Of a DNA stretch of 64,000 nucleotides, positions 52,360 through 64,000 are shown in pieces. The stretch's first letter is position 1. The number at the start of each line of letters is the position of its first letter. The DNA is from Octopus bimaculoides (taxonomy: Eukaryota), in the NCBI RefSeq assembly GCF_001194135.2, contig NC_068984.1, positions 55,146,113-55,210,112 on the forward strand. Reading direction: 5' to 3'. The notes beneath the pieces are model-generated. The model had not been told where the DNA came from. It saw only the letters and a program-made list of their open reading frames with translations, and made no database searches. The position numbers were made by a program, and so were the translations under genes.

Positions 52360-52960
52360 ATCCTTTCTACTATTGGCACAAGGCCTGAAATTTGTGGGGA
52401 AAGGATTTACTTGATTGCATTGTTCTGCTGTTGTTGGCACTCCGTCGCTTACGACGTTGAGGGTTCCAGTAGATCCGATCAATGGAACAGCCTGCTCATG
52501 AAATTAACGTGCAAGTGACTGAGCACTCCACTGACACATGTACCCTTAATGTAGTTCTCGGGGATATTCAGCATGACACAGTGTGACAAGGCTGACCCTT
52601 TGAATTACAGGTACAACTAAAACAGGAAGTAAGAGTGAGAGAATGTTGTGGTGGAAGAGTACAGCAGGGTTCGCCACCTTCCCCTGCTGGAACCTTGCGG
52701 AGTTTTAAGTGTTTTTCGCTCAATAAACACTCACAACGACCGGTCTGGGAATCGAAACCGCGATCCTACGACCGCGAGTCCGCTGCCCTAACCACTGGGC
52801 CATTGCACCTCCACTGTTCCGCTCTACACAATTGTTATTCTTGTTACTGATCCCAAAATTTTGAAAGGCAAAGACAACAATGCCAGAATTCGAACTCAGA
52901 ATGTAAAGTTAGAGGAAATACCTGCTGGCATTCTGCCCTGCAGCTAACAATACTGCCATA
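52360..52960 (-). mobile_element. Nin/Deu-like SINE split by a younger SINE (pieces 52360-52420 and about 52824-52960)
   Basis: The left piece ends ...ttgattgcat; the right piece resumes with tgatcccaaaattttgaaaggcaaagac...cgaactcagaatg. Confidence 0.65.
52430..52814 (-). mobile_element. Full-length tRNA-derived SINE with (CAA)n tail and 9-bp target-site duplication
   Basis: Head gtggaggtgcaatggcccagtggttagggc (A box) ... gtttcgattccc (B box); tail gtgccaacaac; TSD tgttctgct (52421-52429) / tgttccgct (52815-52823). Confidence 0.88.
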
Positions 52961-53301
52961 CACATTTATGCAGGTGTGTACATGTGCATACAATAATAAA
53001 AAGAGAATGATGTTATTTATAAAATAAAATAAAAAATTTGTAGAAAAATATATGGTGTTTGTGTGTGTGTGTTCCAAAGAACAGGTGTACATATACTTCT
53101 CTGAATGTATATGTATACAAAATATGTTTTACAGAGTGTATATATATATATATGCAAAACGTGTTCTTTTTAAATATATTAGTGATAGGTGAATGTATCT
53201 ATTAGTGATATTTCAACACAAAATATATTTTCAAAATATATTTTTCACCGGCAATCTAACAACCTCTCCCAAAATCTCCCTCTCTTTCTCTCCCTCTTTT
53301 T

Positions 53302-56480
<3,179 letters not shown>

Positions 56481-57040
56481 NNNNNNNNNNNNNNNNNNNN
56501 NNNNNNNNNNNNNNNNNNNNNNNNNNNNNNNNNNNNNNNNNNNNNNNNNNNNNNNNNNNNNNNNNNNNNNNNNNNNNNNNNNNNNNNNNNNNNNNNNNNN
56601 NNNNNNNNNNNNNNNNNNNNNNNNNNNNNNNNNNNNNNNNNNNNNNNNNNNNNNNNNNNNNNNNNNNNNNNNNNNNNNNNNNNNNNNNNNNNNNNNNNNN
56701 NNNNNNNNNNNNNNNNNNNNNNNNNNNNNNNNNNNNNNNNNNNNNNNNNNNNNNNNNNNNNNNNNNNNNNNNNNNNNNNNNNNNNNNNNNNNNNNNNNNN
56801 NNNNNNNNNNNNNNNNNNNNNNNNNNNNNNNNNNNNNNNNNNNNNNNNNNNNNNNNNNNNNNNNNNNNNNNNNNNNNNNNNNNNNNNNNNNNNNNNNNNN
56901 NNNNNNNNNNNNNNNNNNNNNNNNNNNNNNNNNNNNNNNNNNNNNNNNNNNNNNNNNNNNNNNNNNNNNNNNNNNNNNNNNNNNNNNNNNNNNNNNNNNN
57001 NNNNNNNNNNNNNNNNNNNNNNNNNNNNNNNNNNNNNNNN

Positions 57041-57720
57041 CTTCGTCACCATCTGTATGGTTGTTGTTATTGATACTATTGTCAGTGTTGTTTTTGATAT
57101 GTTATTCTGATTGTTGTTACACTTGTTGTTTTAATTGTTGTTGATGTTATTGTTATTCCTGTACTCTACTGCTGCTTCTCCATCTGACACTGCTACTGTT
57201 GATATAGTTACTATTGTCGTTTTTTTATATGTATTTCTTCCCACTCAGTGCGGCTGCTGCATCTTCTGTAGCTGTTTCTTCTATTGTTGTATTGTTTTCC
57301 CAACTATTATATTTTTGTGGTGACAATAAAGTGGACATCTCTCAGTTAATATGGTTAACATTATAGTGTTGAGTTTATTGATGTTGTCAATTATGTTTAG
57401 CCAGCCGCAGATTATCATTGCCTGTACACACATATGATGAAAGACATTCTAACTATGATCAACTCCCTTTCTTTTCTTTTTTTTTTCGCTTTTTGTAAAT
57501 GTATATCTTCGACATCATCATCTGATATCTTTCCTTTATGTAACTCCTGTAGTGAAAAATATTTGGCTGCTATGTCTAGCAGGTCGACTCACCACATAGA
57601 AGCTCCTTCCTGTGTTTTGCTGTTATTGTTATTCATTGTTGTTACTGCTGCTGTTGCTTCTTTTGCTGCTGCTGCTGCTAGTGCTGCTGTTCCATCTTTC
57701 ATACTGATTTTCACTTTTAC
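57041..57720. repeat. Degenerate (TTG)/(CTG) low-complexity region
   Basis: Directly visible. Confidence 0.8.
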
Positions 57721-59117
57721 TATAATGTATCAACCTTGAAATTGTGATAGCTTATTTTACATCATCTGTCTTACTATACACATTCTTGGTAGTAAGTATT
57801 TTCTTGGTTGTTAAAAATCTAATACTTTTTCCTATTCAACACAGTGCTGAAATATTCACAACTGCTTACTGCTATGTTTATGTGAATAATTTGATGTTGC
57901 TATGTTAGCTTCCTACTTTTCTACTGTCAATAAACAACCACTACTTTCCCGACAATACATGTTGATTTTTTCCTCTCTCACATGGAACTACTGACAACAG
58001 ATTGCTTATGGATTTCTTAGGAGTTCATCTTATGAATTACTACATGCTTGGTAATATTCTTTTAGTTGAATATTTTTATATTGCTTTTTTCTTTCTGAAT
58101 TTATAATTAACTTGTGTTAATATTTTTCTCTAATATTTCACGTTAATCTCTCTTTTACACACAAAGTTAAAAGCAATTATTTTAAGTTTTATGCAACTAT
58201 TTCATCACATCTATTAAAATTACTACTAAACACAAAATATTAAAGATTCCCCCTTACTTTATCCATCTTACCTTTCCCAAAATGTTAAATGTTTATGCTA
58301 CACTGTTCATCATCATACATTATTGATTTTGTTTGCTGCAATATAAGGAGATGGACAACCCTTTCTCATTGAGGCTTCAACATGCCCTGTTCACTGTGTT
58401 TTGATTATGTTTATCTAAGATACAACTGTAACTATTTTACCACTTTATCTGTAACTATTTACCAATTTATTAAAACTCATCAGAATTTGGCTAGTAACAG
58501 TTTACATGAGTCTTGAATAATACATATGAATATATATATATATATATATATATACTCATATATATATACTCATATAAATATATATATATANNNNNNNNNN
58601 NNNNNNNNNNNNNNNNNNNNNNNNNNNNNNNNNNNNNNNNNNNNNNNNNNNNNNNNNNNNNNNNNNNNNNNNNNNNNNNNNNNNNNNNNNNNNNNNNNNN
58701 NNNNNNNNNNNNNNNNNNNNNNNNNNNNNNNNNNNNNNNNNNNNNNNNNNNNNNNNNNNNNNNNNNNNNNNNNNNNNNNNNNNNNNNNNNNNNNNNNNNN
58801 NNNNNNNNNNNNNNNNNNNNNNNNNNNNNNNNNNNNNNNNNNNNNNNNNNNNNNNNNNNNNNNNNNNNNNNNNNNNNNNNNNNNNNNNNNNNNNNNNNNN
58901 NNNNNNNNNNNNNNNNNNNNNNNNNATATATATATATATATATATATACACACGCATATATATGTGTGTGTGGAAATATATATATACACATGTATATGTA
59001 TGTGCATACATATATATATATATGTATTTGTAGACATACAATGGATACATAATACAGTACATTTCGATTATTATATTTATACATACATGTACACACACAT
59101 GCACATGAACGTGTCCG

Positions 59118-59151
<34 letters not shown>

Positions 59152-60249
59152 CACACACACATATTTAAATTTGGTATAACAGAGAGACGATGATATTAAA
59201 TAGAACAGAAAGAATGTTGTACTGTCTCTCTGGTCAATAAATGGATAGCATAGCCTCTGAGCTGTTTAAAATAACATGTATCAATTCAGTGAATATGAAA
59301 TGTATAGGAAATAAATAGGTTATGCAGATGTCAGTAGTATGAAATTATATTAATAGCCATAAATTAAGGTGAGTAAAATATGAATGAAAAGGTGGTGGGA
59401 CAGAAGTTAAGAATCCCAAGTAGCAGGCATTGGTAAAATAATGCAACAAACAAATCTGAGACTCTCCACTGATTGGTCAAACCTTGCTGCCATATATCAG
59501 TGGTATTCTATGAGCAACAAGTGCTTTTTATACTTTAAATGTGTCAGGTTTCAGCCCTAAATAACTGTGATATACCAAACATAGTACGTGCACGCGTGCA
59601 CACACACACACACTCATGCACACATGCACAAACACACAAGCTCACACACACAAACACCAACGCATGGGAACAAATACATACATATATANNNNNNNNNNNN
59701 NNNNNNNNNNNNNNNNNNNNNNNNNNNNNNNNNNNNNNNNNNNNNNNNNNNNNNNNNNNNNNNNNNNNNNNNNNNNNNNNNNNNNNNNNNNNNNNNNNNN
59801 NNNNNNNNNNNNNNNNNNNNNNNNNNNNNNNNNNNNNNNNNNNNNNNNNNNNNNNNNNNNNNNNNNNNNNNNNNNNNNNNNNNNNNNNNNNNNNNNNNNN
59901 NNNNNNNNNNNNNNNNNNNNNNNNNNNNNNNNNNNNNNNNNNNNNNNNNNNNNNNNNNNNNNNNNNNNNNNNNNNNNNNNNNNNNNNNNNNNNNNNNNNN
60001 NNNNNNNNNNNNNNNNNNNNNNNNNNNNNNNNNNNNNNNNNNNNNNNNNNNNNNNNNNNNNNNNNNNNNNNNNNNNNNNNNNNNNNNNNNNNNNNNNNNN
60101 NNNNNNNNNNNNNNNNNNNNNNNNNNNNNNNNNNNNNNNNNNNNNNNNNNNNNNNNNNNNNNNNNNNNNNNNNNNNNNNNNNNNNNNNNNNNNNNNNNNN
60201 NNNNNNNNNNNNNNNNNNNNNNNNNNNNNNNNNNNNNNNNNNNNNNNNN

Positions 60250-60603
60250 GTGATTATTGCCAGTGCCACGAATTGGCTCCTGTGCCAGTGACAAATAAAA
60301 ATCACTATTCGAGCATGGTTGCCAGTACCACCAGACTGGCTCCCGTACAGGTAACATGTAAAAAACACCATATAAGCGTGGTCGCTGCCAGAACAGGCTG
60401 ACTGGCCCTCATGCCGGTGGCACGTAAAAGCACCCACTACACTCTCGGAGTGGTTGGCATTAAGATGGGCATCCAGCTGTAGAAACTCTGCCAGATCAGA
60501 TTGAGTCTGGTGCAGCCTTCTGGCTCACCAGTCCTCAGTCAAACCGTCCAACCCATGCTAGCATGGAAAGCAGACATTAAATGACGGTGATGATGATGAT
60601 GAT
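60250..60603 (+). mobile_element. SINE 3' part with a Meta-domain-like block, internal tandem units and (GAT)n tail (5' end in gap)
   Basis: ggagtggttggcattaagatgggcatccagctgtagaaactctgcc resembles the MetaSINE central domain (recalled, not searched); ends tccaacccatgctagcatggaaagcagacattaaatgacggtgatgatgat. Confidence 0.8.
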
Positions 60604-60627
60604 ATGTGTGTATGTTTGAATATATGT

Positions 60628-60735
60628 GTTTTATCCTTTATCTTTTGCCTGTTTCAGTCTATAGACTGCAGCCATGCTGGGGCACTGCCATGAAGAATTA
60701 CTTGTTGAATGAATCAACCCCAAGTACATATTTTT
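60628..60735 (-). mobile_element. 3' end of CORE-like SINE
   Basis: cctgtttcagtc...gactgcagccatgctggggcactgcc is the reverse complement of the family 3' end. Confidence 0.75.
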
Positions 60736-61263
60736 TATCTATATTTATATACATGCATACATCTATACATATATATATTTATCTATCTATGTATATATAA
60801 ACACACACATGCATATATCTATGTAAAGAATGAGAGAGAGAGAAGGAGAGAGACATGTATATACACACACAACACACACGTATAAATACAAATAACAGTA
60901 TATGTATAAATATGTTGTACTGTTCTGTTATTGGCAGCATTCATCAAAAAAAGTTACTCCATACAGCAAGAGATAAATATCATATGATAAAAAAAGGCTT
61001 TAAAAATGAGCTGCAATTAGCTTCATGCTCTGATAATGTATTTATTGGATATGCTTACATAGAGCGCTGCATATACATACACTCATACACACACACACAC
61101 ATGCATACACACATATATACACACACATACACACACATATACATACACATATATGTATGTGTGTATATGTGAGCATGTGTTTGTGTGTGTATATATATAT
61201 ATATATACACACTTATATATGTATATACACACACAAATATATATATTAGATATATAAACATAT

Positions 61264-61652
61264 AGGCGCAGGTGTGGCTATGTGGTAAGCAGCTTGCTTT
61301 GCAACCATGTGGTTCTGGTTTCAGTTCCACTGCATAGCACCTTGGGCAAGTGTCTTCTATTATAGCCTCGGGCCAACCAAAACCTTGTGAGTGGATTTGG
61401 TAAATGGAAACTGAAAAGAAGCCTTTTGTATATACATGTATGTATGTTTGTGTGTCTGTGTTTGTCCCCCACCATTGACAACCAATGTTGAAGTGTTTAT
61501 GTCCCCATAACTTAGCATTTCAGTAATAAAAGAGAATGATATAATAAGTACTAGGCTTACAATGAATAAGTCCTGGGGTTGACTTGTTCGACTAAAGGCG
61601 CTGCTTCAGCATGGCCACAGTCAAATGACTGAAGCAAATAAAAGGAAAAGAA
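61264..61652 (+). mobile_element. Near full-length CORE-like tRNA-derived SINE
   Basis: aggcgcaggtgtggctatgtggtaagc...gcaccttgggcaagtgtctt...cagcatggccacagtcaaatgactgaagc. Confidence 0.92.
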
Positions 61653-61726
61653 CATATATGTATGTGAATGTGTGATTGTGGCTATCTATGTATACATGAC
61701 TACATCTTGTACATATGATTATTATA

Positions 61727-61770
<44 letters not shown>

Positions 61771-62611
61771 TCAAAAANNNNNNNNNNNNNNNNNNNNNNN
61801 NNNNNNNNNNNNNNNNNNNNNNNNNNNNNNNNNNNNNNNNNNNNNNNNNNNNNNNNNNNNNNNNNNNNNNNNNNNNNNNNNNNNNNNNNNNNNNNNNNNN
61901 NNNNNNNNNNNNNNNNNNNNNNNNNNNNNNNNNNNNNNNNNNNNNNNNNNNNNNNNNNNNNNNNNNNNNNNNNNNNNNNNNNNNNNNNNNNNNNNNNNNN
62001 NNNNNNNNNNNNNNNNNNNNNNNNNNNNNNNNNNNNNNNNNNNNNNNNNNNNNNNNNNNNNNNNNNNNNNNNNNNNNNNNNNNNNNNNNNNNNNNNNNNN
62101 NNNNNNNNNNNNNNNNNNNNNNNNNNNNNNNNNNNNNNNNNNNNNNNNNNNNNNNNNNNNNNNNNNNNNNNNNNNNNNNNNNNNNNNNNNNNNNNNNNNN
62201 NNNNNNNNNNNNNNNNNNNNNNNNNNNNNNNNNNNNNNNNNNNNNNNNNNNNNNNNNNNNNNNNNNNNNNNNNNNNNNNNNNNNNNNNNNNNNNNNNNNN
62301 NNNNNNNNNNNNNNNNNNNNNNNNNNNNNNNNNNNNNNNNNNNNNNNNNNNNNNNNNNNNNNNNNNNNNNNNNNNNNNNNNNNNNNNNNNNNNNNNNNNN
62401 NNNNNNNNNNNNNNNNNNNNNNNNNNNNNNNNNNNNNNNNNNNNNNNNNNNNNNNNNNNNNNNNNNNNNNNNNNNNNNNNNNNNNNNNNNNNNNNNNNNN
62501 NNNNNNNNNNNNNNNNNNNNNNNNNNNNNNNNNNNNNNNNNNNNNNNNNNNNNNNNNNNNNNNNNNNNNNNNNNNNNNNNNNNNNNNNNNNNNNNNNNNN
62601 NNNNNNNNNNN

Positions 62612-62727
62612 CACTCACAAAGCTTTTGTCAGCCTAAAGCTATAGTAGGCGACACTTGCCAAAGGTGCCTTACAATGGGTTTGAACCCAGGACCATGTGG
62701 CTGGGAAGCAAGTTCCTTTCCACACTA
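62612..62727 (-). mobile_element. 5' part of CORE-like SINE (rest in gap)
   Basis: gacacttgccaaaggtgcc...gaacccaggaccatgtggctgggaagcaag. Confidence 0.8.
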
Positions 62728-62799
62728 AATGCATATACACACGCATATAAACACACACATGTAGATATATATACAGGATAAGAGTGAGATATAGAAAGA

Positions 62800-62854
62800 T
62801 AGACAGACAGACAGGCAGACAGACAGACAGATAGATAGATAGATGGATATGTAT

Positions 62855-62893
<39 letters not shown>

Positions 62894-62898
62894 TGTAT

Positions 62899-62965
<67 letters not shown>
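62800..62965. repeat. (GACA)n(GATA)n microsatellite
   Basis: Directly visible. Confidence 0.95.
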
Positions 62966-62966
<1 letters not shown>

Positions 62967-63540
62967 CAGTTTAGTTAAGTTCCTATCGCAAAACAAACAT
63001 TATAAGACCTGCTGTTGCTATTTGCCGGTGCCACTGGTACTGTTAATGTTAATGTTGTCTTTGCTGTCTTTTTTAAACCTTAGATCATCCCTGATTAAAC
63101 AGATATGATGAATTTGATAGACAATAATCAACAATTCCATCTTCTTCTTTGATTATTATATTTATATAGTCCAGGAACACATTATCTATTATACTTTTTC
63201 ATTTTTAAACTGGTTTGAGTGGAATTAGGCTGCCAGTTTTGCACACTGTGTGCATGCACGGAGACCAGCCTCAATGTTCTGACTAATTATTGCTGAAAAA
63301 TAAAGTGATTAATATGTTTATGACATGTGCATGCTCATAGTCATTTAGATTCAATTAGTTGCACAATTGAACATTTGGGGATCAATGCACTAAGGCATCA
63401 ATTTCCATGTGGTACATCAACTCATTTCATATCCATACTATCATGAATTCATTGACTGAAATGTGTATGAGTGTTATGATGTAAATGTATACACACATGC
63501 ACAAACATACACATGGACACAGGCACACGGTCACATATAA

Positions 63541-63582
<42 letters not shown>

Positions 63583-63767
63583 ATGTGTCTATGTATATAT
63601 ATGCACACACACACATACATGTATACTAGATATATAAAAACATACAAATGTGTATGCATATATGACTACATACATATGAATATGATAGTGTATATATACA
63701 TATCATCATCATCTTCATCATTATCATCATCATCACCACCACCACCACCACCACCACTACCAGCACC

Positions 63768-64000
63768 ATCATCATCCTTTAACGTTTGTTTCCATGCTAG
63801 CATGGGTTGGACGATTTGACTGGGGACTGGCGAACCAGATGGCTACACCAGACTCCAATCTGATCTGGCAGAGTTTCTACAGCTGGATGCCCTTCCTAAT
63901 GCCAAGCACTCGGAGAGTGTAGTGGGTGCTTTTTATGTGCCACAAGAATGAGGGCTAGTCCAGCGGTACTGGCAATGGCCATGCTCAAATGGTGTTTTTT
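63768..64000 (-). mobile_element. Meta-like SINE 3' part, runs off the window
   Basis: Reverse complement of 60380-60603 (tttccatgctagcatgggttggacg...cagagtttctacagctggatgcccttcctaatgcc). Confidence 0.88.

Noticed and set aside
52740-52814. tRNA gene
   Set aside because: A and B boxes are present, but acceptor and anticodon stems do not close, and the sequence continues into a SINE body with tail and TSD.
50430-52960. CRISPR-like array of repeats and spacers
   Set aside because: The recurring units are microsatellites and 200-bp SINE copies of unequal length; no constant 23-50 bp repeat and no cas genes in a eukaryotic context.
57434-57739. 101-aa plus-strand ORF and a protein-like minus frame (LLDIAAKYFSLQELHKGKISDDDVEDIHLQKAKKKRKERE)
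   Set aside because: Lies in degenerate TTG/CTG sequence, and its core overlaps the interspersed cctgctagacatagcagccaaat repeat seen elsewhere in the window.

Overview
AT-rich, microsatellite-saturated animal genomic DNA with 16 assembly gaps, about half of them abutting (TA)n tracts. The repeat repertoire (tRNA-headed CORE-like, Nin/Deu-like and Meta-like SINEs, R4/Dong-type LINE ends, an RTE end, a maT transposon, a Helitron, Penelope-like pieces) is most consistent with an octopus (coleoid cephalopod) intron or intergenic region; the organism is an inference from repeat recognition, not a database result. No prokaryotic system, CRISPR array, rRNA or functional tRNA gene is visible. No host gene can be named. 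Nearly all ORFs in the track are artefacts of N-gaps or microsatellites, or are decayed transposon fragments. The best-supported structures are: (i) a nested maT (DD37D) transposon > Helitron > Penelope-like insertion at 37.9-41.1 kb with reconstructable junctions; (ii) Penelope-type minimal hammerhead-ribozyme motifs, two sharing a non-canonical CUGUNGA core; (iii) two R4/Dong-like LINE lineages associated with different microsatellites, (TAA)n and (TACA)n; (iv) a (TAA)n-anchored nest of retroposons at 50.4-53 kb; (v) inverted SINE pairs near 60-64 kb. Several splice-site-bounded candidate exons are reported at low confidence only. I did not find convincing evidence of a previously undescribed multi-gene system. 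Repeat boundaries are read by eye and approximate unless junction bases are quoted.
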